Shown: positions 52,991-64,000 of the stretch, piece by piece
Layout of the letters: each line of letters opens with the position of its first letter
How positions within the stretch are numbered: the stretch's first letter is position 1
Origin: Octopus vulgaris
Lineage: Eukaryota
NCBI GenBank assembly: GCA_951406725.2
Contig: OX597834.1
Span: forward strand, 9,362,001 to 9,426,000
Direction: 5' to 3'
DNA length: 64,000 nt
Position numbers and translations under genes: made by a program
Notes under the pieces: generated by a model
What the model was told of the DNA's origin: nothing
The model's database searches: none
The model's input: the letters and a program-made list of their open reading frames with translations, nothing else

Positions 52991-53369
52991 ACAAAAACGT
53001 GTAATTCATTTGATCGAATAACTGAATACTCAGTCGAAACCGACGGAGATCCATTCTGCTCTTAAAAGCTATGTATTTTAAGACGTTCGGCTTTGATTCA
53101 CAAGAAATTCAACTGATATTGCTATCGGGATTGTGTAAGCAAATAGAGGAAATCACGTTGACTTGGAAACGATTAATTTACAATCTGACCATTTAACGGT
53201 CGGTTTAATTGATCTCATTTCCGAGGGATTTAAATATAATTAGTAAATTATTGGTTGACAAAACACCCCTCACGCGTGTTCGAAATATAAAGAAATCCAG
53301 TAGGATTTATGAATCCAATTACAAGAGTCATTAGATAGTTTGTTTTTTTCTTTGAACATGTAGACATAT

Positions 53370-53995
53370 AGGCGCAGGAGTGGCTGTGTGGTAAGTAGCT
53401 TGCTAACCAACCACATGGTTCCGGTTTCAGTCCCACTGCGTGGCATCTTGGGCAAGTGTCTTCTGCTATAGCCCCTGGCCGACCAATGCCTTTGAAGTGG
53501 ATTTGGTAGACGGAAACTGAAAGAAGCTTGTCGTATATATTCCCCTCAACCTATTCTTCTTTTAGAAAAATAATTGATGTGATTAGTAATTAGGTGCTGG
53601 CTGGTCTATCAGTCGCAGACTTTTCAATGTCCAGAAATTCTGGTCTTCTTTAATGCATTTCTGACCCTTAATTCTTTCTAATTTAGATTCAAGGCTAGTA
53701 ATCTTTAGGGCTGAGGCTGGGAAAACGTTGATTACATCACCGTCAGTACGTGACTTGTACTTATATATATATGTATGTGTGTGTTTGTGTGTCTGTGTTT
53801 GTCCCCCTAGCATTGCTTGACAACCGATGCTGGTGTGTTTACGTCCACGTCACATAGCGGTTCGGCAAAAGAGACCGATAGAATAAGTACGGGCTTACAA
53901 AGAATAAGTCCTGGGGTCGATTTGCTCGACTTAAAAGGCGGTGCTCCAGCATGGCCGCAGTCAAATGACTGAAACAAGTAAAAGAGTAAAAGAGT
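53370..53995 (+). mobile_element. SINE A carrying a 225-bp captured local segment in its central microsatellite
   Basis: Both SINE arms are intact; 53540-53764 matches 56018-56239. Confidence 0.92.
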
Positions 53996-54515
53996 AATCG
54001 CAGACCCAAGTAGAGTTATAAAACGCGAAAATGGCGGCATAAAGGAAACTGCAAGTTGGTCGAAAGCTTATCTTGCATATAAATATTATTTTCAGGAAAT
54101 GAATATTTCCATACTCCATGTTTTGATTCACAAGTCACGCAAGCATTAGGTTACGGAATGCTCGAGTCCGTTATGGAAGAAACTCCGTAATTATTCAATT
54201 ATTGTCATTTAATTAGCGTGATCCTATGTATGAATATATTTCGCAACATAATTGCTTAATTTCAGTTATATTATATCTGTTTACATATAGGGAGTTCAGC
54301 GTAATTATTTGTCATTCTTTCTATATCGTAAATGCTTTAAGGGATAATTTGGGCTTCTATAGCAAGCAGCGATGCGTTGGATTATCTTGGATTTTCAGTA
54401 CCTGGAGGACAATTGCATGAATCGCCTCCGGATAACTAAGCGAAACAAAATATTCGACTTTTATACGCCAGTAGAGTCATCATCATCTTTGATGTTCTTG
54501 ACTGGGACGCTTTAT

Positions 54516-54709
54516 ACTCTTTACTCTTTTACTTGGTTCAGTCATGTGACTGTGGGCATGCTGGAGCACCACCTTTTTAGTCAAGCAAATCGATCCCGGG
54601 ACTTATTCTTCGTAAGCCTAGTACTTATTCTATCAGTCTCTTTTGCCGAACCGCTAAGTTACGGGGACGTAAACACATCGGCATCGGTTGTAAGGCGATG
54701 CTTGGGGAA

Positions 54710-54777
<68 letters not shown>

Positions 54778-54965
54778 CAAACATATACACATACATATAT
54801 AAGACGGGCTTCTTTCAGTTTCCGTCTACCAAATCCACTCACAAGGCTTTGGTCGGCCCGAGGCTATAGTAGAAGACACTTGCCCAAGGTGCCACGCAGT
54901 GGGACTGAACCCGGAACCATGCGGTTGGGAAGCAAGCTACTTTCCACACAGCCACTCCTGCGCCT
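54516..54965 (-). mobile_element. SINE A, full length
   Basis: Family match with internal (CA)n. Confidence 0.93.
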
Positions 54966-55024
54966 GTTGATCTTTTCCTATATTTTTTTTTTACTTGCTC
55001 TGATTTTCAAACCAAACTGATATC

Positions 55025-55272
55025 TTTTCTACCGTTCCTGCGATGGCCTCTGTCTTAGGAGCTAGCTGTTCGGATGCCACGTCTGCTGAGGCACTCCTGA
55101 CTCATAAGTTTCCTTTCATTTCATCAACTGGCATTGTGCACCAGCCAAATTTCTGGTGCACCTATATGCTTTGTCCTTCATCTTTTCCAGAACTTTAGTA
55201 CTCTGGATCTACCACTCTGATATTTCCTACTGGTTTCGAAGTTGCCAAAGTTTAAACCGAACGTCAACAGCT
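55025..55272 (+). pseudogene. Decayed C-terminal ORF2 remnant of a Jockey/CR1-like LINE
   Basis: Fragments FYRSCDGLC..ELAVRMPRLLRH..FSRTLVLW..LPKFKPNVN resemble the FYRYxxGxCSxEL..SFFPRTxxLWN..FKxxVN tail; frameshifted. Confidence 0.5.
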
Positions 55273-55639
55273 TTTATGTGAAGGCTAGTTTTCGGTCCCT
55301 TTACTCAAGCCCAGTAAGTTGCATTTCTAGGTCAACATATTATAGTTGCTTCTATTTAGCTGTTGGCCTCTCAGATTTAATCTAATACGTTCCAACTGGT
55401 CTGCTCGCTTAGCCAGAGTGGTGGCGTCATTTGAAGGCTAAAACAATGCAAAGCGCATTGTGGCCAGCGATGTGTAGCAACATCTGATAGCCTGGTCGGT
55501 CACGATGATTACGGTGATATTATAGTTGCTGCTATTTATTCGTTGTCCTCACAGTTTTGGAGTAGATATAATCTAATACGTTCCAACAGTGATTGCTCTG
55601 TCTTTTTATCGGTGCTCAAATATTGTTGTTGTTTCTTTG

Positions 55640-55921
55640 TTCCTTCTCGAGTCATGCCTGGCTCATAAGGGCCGGTTGCCCGGTTTTATTTGTGTATGGG
55701 TTCCCCATCAGGACGGGACGCCGGTCCGTCGCAGGTGAGCGGCACGATGCAGGACAGGAGGAAAGAGTGAAAGTTGTGGCCAAAGTATCAGCATAAGTTT
55801 TGCCATTACCTTCTGCCGGAGATGCGTGGAGCTTAGGTGTTTCGCTCATAAACACAGACATAGCCCGGTCTGAGATTCAAACCAGCGGTCTCTCGACCGC
55901 GAGTCCGCTGCTCTAACCACG
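55640..55921 (-). mobile_element. Diverged SINE C with a tail ii-like end
   Basis: gaccgcgagtccgctgctctaaccac is the reverse complement of the head; gggccggttgcccggttt is in the tail. Confidence 0.8.
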
Positions 55922-56049
55922 GAGCTCAAATATATATTAGCCAGTTTATCTCACACCAATAGAACTCACTTCCCTAATATGTCTTTACTCCACTCATTCG
56001 CCCACTGACCCCCTCAGTTCCCCTCAATCAATTCTTTTACAAAAAGAAT

Positions 56050-56541
56050 TGATGTGATTAGTAATTAGGAGTTGGCTGGTCTATCAGTCGCAGACTTTTC
56101 AATGTCCAGAAATTCTGGTCTTCTTTTATGCATTTCTGACCCTTAATTCTTTCTAATTTGGACACAAGGCCAGTAATTCTTAGGGCTGGGGCTGGGAACA
56201 CGTTGATTACATCACCGTCAGTACGTGACTTGTACTTATTTTATCGACCTCTGAAAGAGGATGTAAATCGGTTTCAGGGCAACGTGAACTAGAAATGATG
56301 TGATTAGTAATTAGGAGTTGGCTGGTCTATCAGTCGCAGACTTTTCAATGTCCAGAAATTCTAGTCTTCTTTTATGCATTTCTGACCCTTAATTCTTTCT
56401 AATTTGGACACAAGGCCAGTAATTCTTAGGGCTGGGGCTGGGAACACGTTGATTACATCACCGTCAGTACGTGACTTGTACTTATTTTATCGACCTCTGA
56501 AAGAGGATGTAAATCGGTTTCAGGGCAACGTGAACTAGAAA
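56050..56541. repeat. Near-perfect 246-bp tandem duplication
   Basis: 56050-56295 versus 56296-56541, one mismatch seen. Confidence 0.95.
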
Positions 56542-57539
56542 TACTGCTAAATATTTTGTCCGGTTCGCGCAGGACTCCGCTCGCTCGCCGCCATATTTGC
56601 TGGCAGTTAATGTCGCTTTTTTTACATTGGTGCACATACACTTATTGATTTTTCAAAATTGTGTTAGACATTAAACTACGGCTATGCTGGGGCATCGACT
56701 TGAAGGATTTTAGTCGAAAGAAATTGTCCATTGAATATATTACTGTTGGTCTCTTTTGCTGAACCTCTAAGTTACGAAGACATAAAAATACCAACATTTA
56801 TTGTCAATTAGTGTTGGGGAGACAAGTGCAAACACAAAAGTATACATACACATATATACATACTGACATATATACATATATACATAAATTCGCACACGAG
56901 GCACTGGTCCTCTCGGGACAGTAAGACACTTTCCTTTAGGTGTTGCGTAATAAGGTTGAACACGAAATTACGTGGTTAAAAATTGACCTTCATCTTCTAT
57001 AGCATTCTTATCAGCCCGCCAATGGGCGCCCTAGATCACAAAGACGTGTACCAGTATGGCAAATCTCACTTCCTCATTTAGACTTAATCTAGCTCTTCGT
57101 CCTCCTCTTTTTATGAAGGGGTGGATTTTATAAGTCGGGTTATTGGCCAATCTGCCAACTAAACAAGTGGAACCTGTGTTGTCTCGAAACCTGATTTTTT
57201 TTTTTTCAACCATCCATGGACCACTGATTATTTCAAATCTGGGAAAAATCCAACAGTTTTGGGAGTGAGGGGCAAGTCGATTTCGACGACCCTGGTACTT
57301 GACTGGTTCGAATGTTATTGATCTCTGAAAAAAAAAAAAAAAAAAAAAAAGACAAAGTCTACCTCAGGAGAATTTGAACTCAGAATGTCAAGAACAAGAA
57401 AAATATGTAGCTATTTTTGTACGATACGCTAACGATTCTACCATGTCACCTGCTTGCTGACTATTAATGGTGCAATTTTTTTTTTTTTTACACTGATTAA
57501 TCACACTCACACACATACAGATGTGCGCACAGTTATTTA

Positions 57540-58250
57540 TCTTTTATTGGTTTCTGTCATTGGACTGTGGCCATGTTGGGGCACCGACTCGAAATGTTTA
57601 TTCGAACTAATCGCATCCCTTGTTTTTTAATCTGTAAGTCTAATGCTGAATCCATCGGTTATTTGTCAAACCGCTAAATTACTGGATGATAAATATACCA
57701 GCACCAGTTGGTGGAGGAACAACACACACACACACATATATATACACATATATAGATTATTTCATCATGTTGAGCCGTTATTCCCAACTCCTTTTTCTCT
57801 CATGGGTTTTTCTTTTTTTTTTTACATTCTCCATTTTTTCATCTCTCACCTCTTTCTGTCGAAGAGCATAGGCTCGAAACCTTAATGACTTTTCCATTCT
57901 ACTCGAACGTCAAACTAATACACCTGCTTGTTGTTCCCTCACCCGTCTTCATTTTTTGCTTTCTGTAAACTTAAAATATGCATACATACATACATATATA
58001 TATATATATCTGCCGAAATTGCGAGGATGATCCGGTTCTTGACTGAAGATTAGAGGCTTCGAATGACCTGTCCGTTTTTTGTGTCATCTATTTGAGTGTT
58101 TTGCGTTCTTGTCCCATTTTGTATTTTTATATATATTTTATATACACACACACACACACATATATATATACATTTCTACAGTTAAAGGCGCCTGCACAAG
58201 GCACTGCACAGTGGGACTGTAACCCGAAATGACATGGTTACGAAGTGTGC
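57540..58250 (-). mobile_element. Old SINE A split by insertions into its central microsatellite
   Basis: 3' arm about 57540-57720, 5' arm about 58185-58250 (cacagtgggactg..aacccgaa..catggtt). Confidence 0.6.
57851..57888 (+). ncRNA. Degenerate minimal type-I hammerhead motif
   Basis: TCTTT-CTGTCGA-A-GAGC-ATAG-GCTC-GAAA-C-CTT-AATGA; perfect stem II, 4/5 bp stem I. Confidence 0.6.
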
Positions 58251-58783
58251 TTCTCTGTTTATTATAAAATGGGTGGATTATATATATTTTTTTTGATAAA
58301 AAAAAAAAAAAGCAATACTTGGATCAATATTAACAGATTTTCATTTATTTTTCAGGTCAGCTAGTCCAATCCGTTTGAAGAAAGAGAGGAATGAGTATAT
58401 AAAGGAACGAAGAAATAAAGAAAGGAAAGAAAAAAAAAATCCAGTCGATCTTACCACTTTAAAAAATCTTAACACACACACACACCAAGAAATATAATAA
58501 AATAAAAGCAGTAAGATAGTTATAAATAACAGAGCATACATATATATATACGTCTATATATATGAGTGTGTGTGGGCTGACGACAAAAGAAGAGGAACAG
58601 AAAGAACATTTGCCACAAACTTATATCAATTTCGTAGACATCCACTATCATGGTGCAGACTGCCTCACTTTAAACCTCACTTCACTCCTCACTGATACTC
58701 CTTAACTAACGGGAAATTTAAATAATTAAGCGGCATACTAATAAAGTTTCCATTATTGTACTACATTGTAGCAGTACCTATCA

Positions 58784-59462
58784 TCAGTTTTGGGTATTTC
58801 AGTTGAGTTTGGTACTCGCGTGTTATTATTGTAGTTGCAGCTGCGTGTGTTGTATGCGAACGCGTGATCTCCACCTCTGCGTGTGTACATGTGTGTAAAC
58901 AGACGTGTGTGTGTTCTGTTGTGTTGTGTGTATATTATATTTAAGTGAGGATTCAATTTATATATATATATATGTTTGTAGATGCATATATATATTAAGT
59001 TAGTGAGGTTTGAATAACAGTTATTTTCAAGTGAGGTTATTATTTGTAAACTTTTTTTATATCCAAACTTTTTTTAATTTAACAAAAAAAAAAATACAAA
59101 AAATATTCTGAGCATTTTTTATACCACTGATTTTATTAATACCATTTGTTATTTTAAAAATATAAAAAAAAATCATTAAAAAAATTGAAAAAATTTTAAA
59201 TTAACAAAAAAAATATTTAAAAAAATAGCGAACAAATTTTAACAAAGTTGAACATAAAAAGGAAGAAAGGATTGTGAACAGAAAAAGAAAGGAAAAACAA
59301 GAAGTTTTTGTAAATAATAATTTGCCTTCATTTCTTTCGCTTTTGAATGTGAAATTTTCTGAAACCAACTTACGTTTCTATATGTGACTGAGCGAACGTT
59401 GTAGCGAAAAGGAAGTTCCGCAACACAAAACCAGCGTCGATTAAGTATTTCCGAAGGTAACT
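58784..59462 (+). promoter_or_regulatory. Candidate TSS and non-coding first exon with splice donor
   Basis: Two TCAGTT Inr-like motifs (58784, 58799), A-rich leader, AAG|GTAACT at 59456/59457, inside a SINE-free zone. Confidence 0.3.
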
Positions 59463-59785
59463 ATTAATATCTTTACTACTACTACTACTACTAAATAATA
59501 ACAATGATAATAAGCATGACAATAATAAACTTAGAGAAGAAACTAACTGTAAATGACACCTTTTTATCTTTTTTTAAATAGATATTATTTAACAATTACT
59601 ATTTAACTATTACTAACATCTACTTTATCTTTTTTGTGAGAGCGAGGAATTCTTTGGATAAGAATTGGACTACGATGCAAGGGAATTGAAGTAGAAATAG
59701 GTTTCAAGCATCCAATAATTTATGGAATTAAACGTTTTTAAAGTGCCAGTCATATTAACGATAGAACAAAAGGAAAATCCGTAAC

Positions 59786-59823
<38 letters not shown>

Positions 59824-60420
59824 ACGTTTAACATAAAAATGAAATATTTAGTTTCCAAACGATTGTATTTTTTATCAGGAAAAAAAAAACAATCTAAATA
59901 AGAACAACAAAAATATAATAACAGCAACAACAATAAAAACGACCGGACACAAGTAATTACGACCAGTCATCATACATGATATATTTTAAACTAAACTCTC
60001 CGAACACATTTTAAGTAGTAAGTGGAAACGTTAGCGGTGTAAAGTGTATTTGGGTTCGTAGTTGTTCATATATCTATTTATATGCGGTATGTGCATTTAT
60101 ATGGATATACTTTTTTCATTCGATATGGTCTGGTTTAATTTGTCAAAAATGTTATGCAACAGGAGTTTGTAGAGAGAAAAAAAAATCGAAAAGTCTTGAC
60201 TATTATTATGGACAACCTATAGTAGCAGCAACAGTATCAACAGAGGAAGCAGTAAGCATCAACAATAACGACGTTAAAAGTTAAGAATATCTGCGATAAT
60301 TTCAAACGGGAACTTCAACAACAAAAAGAACACTAACAACATAATTACGTACGTTAGCTTTAGTCACACCTATTGTAGCAATAATAATAACAACAACAAG
60401 AGCACTCACAGAGAGTACAA

Positions 60421-60765
60421 ACCTCCGCCAAAGTAACTCCAACATTCTCGTAACGATTTGCCGGAGATGATTTTTAAAATGAGAAAATCTGAAATAAGCT
60501 CCACTGTTCTCACAAACGAGAATATTAAAAATGAGCTCGACCACTCTCAAAAAATTAAATTAAAAAAAAAAAAAACGACAGGAAAAATAATCCAGCATCC
60601 TTGTCCGGTAACGGATCGATCCCAAAATCTAAGCAGGTCGTGCCAGTCATGAGACCAAACATCCCTGAAAGTTTGATCCGAATTCATTCAGTGGTTCTTC
60701 AGATATTTTGTCCACAGACAAACAAATACGACTGAAAAGAATGCCTTCGGTAAGGCGAAGGTAAT
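60421..60765 (+). mobile_element. Helentron-associated (HINE/DINE-like) non-autonomous element
   Basis: acctccgcc (60421) is inverted to ggcgaaggt (60754-60762); 3' hairpin gcctt-cggt-aaggc; aaagtttgatccgaattcattcagtggttc..acagacaaacaaa. Confidence 0.55.
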
Positions 60766-61879
60766 AATATTAACACCAACGATAATTACGGGGTATTTAC
60801 AACAGGTTTGCAAGTAATAAAGAGGAAGGCAAAGGAAAGGAAATAAGGGCTTAGATTTTGGTGGGACCTAAAAGAGACACAAATAGAATAGTCGATGAAA
60901 AAAGGAAAGACAGGAGCAGAAAAGGCTAGACGAGAAAAGAGTACAAAAACCAAGGAAGAAAAACGAAGGGGGCAAAAATGAAGAAGATAATGTAGAAAAT
61001 GAAGTAGAAAAGCTAGAATCGTAAGTACAACGAGGATACAAGAAGGGTTAAAGGAAGCTGACGATACCAACGTACTCTAAATAGTGTGGGTTACAACTAG
61101 TATCTGCAAGAATAAGAAAAGTAACGAGGGACGGGGAATACACGGAAGAATTAAGTAGAAGCTGGAACAATAGCTGTACTACCATCATTGTGGTCATAAA
61201 CAGCGTTAATAATAATAAAAAGAGTGTAGCAAGGATTATAAGCATAGGACATGAAAAGAAACAAAAAAGCATTAATTACAATAGATAAATAAAAATTCTT
61301 ACGAGAGGAATTGGACAGACAATGGAAGGGGAAACTGTAGCAGCAAGAACAATGATGTTTAAACCGGTAGGAATAAAATGCTGAAGAGATGAAGGAGAGA
61401 GTGGTCTAGAGATGTTCTATACTTACCCAACGTTTTTTTTTAAGAAAAAATCTAGCGTCGAAAACAACCGCATCATCATTAGTTATATAAGCAACCACAG
61501 AAATAAAAAAGAAAAGCAGGAAAGCCACAACCTCAACAATAGATTCTGTGTTAACAGACAGACATACACACAAGTTCACATGGGAACTAGAAAGAAAAAA
61601 AAAAGCCCGCATCAATCTCCATTAATAACTAAAACAACAATAACAGGAGTTATAGAATCAACAACTGTAGTGACATCAGCAAGAACAACATCAACGCAGC
61701 ACACTCCACCCCTTTATAATATCAACAGCAGCAACAGTAGCGCCAATACAGTCACTTGTACACTACTACTACTACTACTACTACTGCTGCTGCCGCTGCT
61801 ACAGCGACTGCGACGGCTACGATCGCCAGCAGCAGCGCGAATATCTTCGGTTAAACCTAACGCAAGAACCACAAAAATA

Positions 61880-62246
61880 AAGACGACTACTACTACTTTT
61901 ACTACTACTACAACTACTGTTACTACTACTACTACTACTTTTACTACTGCTGCTACTAATACTATTTTTACTACTGCTATTACTACTACTATTGCTACTA
62001 CTACTACTACTACTTTTACTTTTACTACTGCTGCTACTACAGCTATTACTACTACTATTACTACTATTACTACTTTTACTACTACTATTACTACTACTAC
62101 TTTTACTACTACTATTATTATTACTACTACTGCTACTACTACTAGCGGTGTTTACGAGAGTAGAGGGAAAGCGAATGACTGACTACTATTACAACTACTA
62201 CTTTTACTAATACTACTACTACTTTTACTACTACTACTACTACTTT

Positions 62247-62278
<32 letters not shown>

Positions 62279-62335
62279 TTACTACTACTCCTACTAGCGG
62301 TGTTTACGAGAGTAGAGAGAAAGCGAATGACTGAC
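61880..62335. repeat. (TAC)n tract containing a duplicated 43-bp unique segment
   Basis: actagcggtgtttacgagagtagag(g/a)gaaagcgaatgactgac at 62141-62183 and 62293-62335. Confidence 0.92.
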
Positions 62336-62498
62336 AACGTAGTTTTTCTGCTGCACACACATTTGCAGTGTTGTTGTTTATCTGCTACCAATACACAAAA
62401 CAAAACAAAAACGCAACGAAAGAGACCTCTTAGGACGAAACTGCAAACTAATCCATTGTTGTTGTACATGCACTTACATACACATCTTTCTTTCTAAT

Positions 62499-62546
<48 letters not shown>

Positions 62547-62631
62547 CAAATTCCAGAATACGTTATGTGTAATAAAAATAAGTCAAAGAGGGGAACGTGT
62601 GTTGATCTCTTAGTAAATTACACACACGCTT

Positions 62632-62666
<35 letters not shown>

Positions 62667-62906
62667 GATATAACTATGTATGTAGGCATGTCTGTTAGTG
62701 TGTGTGTGTGTGTGTGGGTGTTTGGATAGGGATGCGTTATAAGAATTCTGTGATCTTATAGAAAACTAATACTTATTTTATTTAAAACATATATGATTGT
62801 GATATTCAGATAGAGACAATAATGCAATGAATGTGACAATATTTTCAATAATATAATTATAATAGCCGGAATTCTTGCCCAAACCATACATATACACACA
62901 CAAATA

Positions 62907-62950
<44 letters not shown>

Positions 62951-63791
62951 TGTGTAATGTATGTGTGTGTGTGTGTGTGTAATGTATGTGTGTGTGTGTG
63001 TGTGTAATGTATATGTGTGTGTGTGTGTGTAATGTATATGTGTATATATATGTATGCATGAGTATATATGCATGTATATATATATATAAACATATATATA
63101 TATACATGTATGTATATATATATGTATAATATATATATATATGTATTTATATATATATATATTTATTTATGTATTTATGTGCATGTATATAGTTACAAAG
63201 TACGCTCATACATACATTCACATAGATACATATACACACATACACACACATGTAAAGAAATGGAATTACATAAGTTTCATAATATTTCACTAATAATCGT
63301 ACTGGTCTGCATGCGGACACACAAACACATAGAGGGGAACTACACAGATATAGTTTTTGTGTGTAAGTAGGCGTAACATCTAATCACTTACAATAGTAAA
63401 AGTTTAAATCTATATCTACTGCTTGTATTCCACTACTTGGGTATCTATCTGGTTAATCGTATATCGACATCGAAATACGGCTATAGATTTACGATGTATC
63501 CTCACATGGATTTGATCATAGAGAGGCAAGCATTTGTATGTCTGTCAATTTACTGAAAACTTATACATTTTTAATAAAAGAGTGATAAAATATGCGATTG
63601 GTGCGTGTCGGTTAAGCATAGCTTTAGCCTCGATGCATATAAGTAGCTGATCTATTACAAGTTTAAGTGACATATCTATAAATATATACATGGACTCTTA
63701 ATTAATCTTATTGCCTTCCCAAGGTATTTACGACAAATAATAATAATAATAATGATAATAATGATAATAATAATGATAATAATAATAATAA

Positions 63792-63985
63792 TCCTTTCTA
63801 CTGGGGGCACAAGGACTCAGATATGTGGGGTGTGGACTAGTCGATTATATCGACCCCAGTACTTGACTGGTACTTAATTTATCGACCCCCGAAAGAATGA
63901 AAGGCAAAGTCTACCTCGACGAAATTTTAACTCAGAATTTAAAAACGGATGAAATGCCGCTAAGCACTTTGACCGGCATGCTTCG
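63792..63985 (-). mobile_element. SINE B, old-tail type, next to (AAT)n
   Basis: Family match. Confidence 0.85.
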
Positions 63986-64000
63986 TTTCAGCCTAGTCGC

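Noticed and set aside
61412-62182. 256-aa Thr-rich, mucin-like ORF
   Set aside because: Mostly (TAC)n and A-rich low complexity; no signal peptide or domain seen

Overview
This is AT-rich, non-coding animal genomic DNA with very high microsatellite density, probably intronic or intergenic. The repeat repertoire looks like a coleoid cephalopod, most likely Octopus; this is recognition from memory, not a database result. I found no intact protein-coding gene, and almost every ORF in the track is a translation of (TA)n, (CA)n or trinucleotide repeats, or of SINEs. The window holds dozens of copies of four tRNA-derived SINE families (called A-D here). It also holds three non-LTR 3' fragments stacked in a (TAA)n tract (two with R4/Dong-type RLE remnants), a Jockey/CR1-like LINE remnant, and MITE/Helentron-like relics. 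The most interesting signals are: (1) three degenerate minimal type-I hammerhead ribozyme motifs in a (TA)n-associated family, probably Penelope-like termini; (2) five asymmetric fold-back insertions (unique tail plus palindrome), two with clear TSDs; (3) SINE B inserting into its own head to build polar head-to-tail arrays; (4) head/tail swapping between SINE families C and D; (5) local templated insertions; (6) a SINE-free region near 58.3-63.7 kb with Inr motifs and a splice donor, possibly a promoter and first exon. Coordinates of degenerate elements are approximate.
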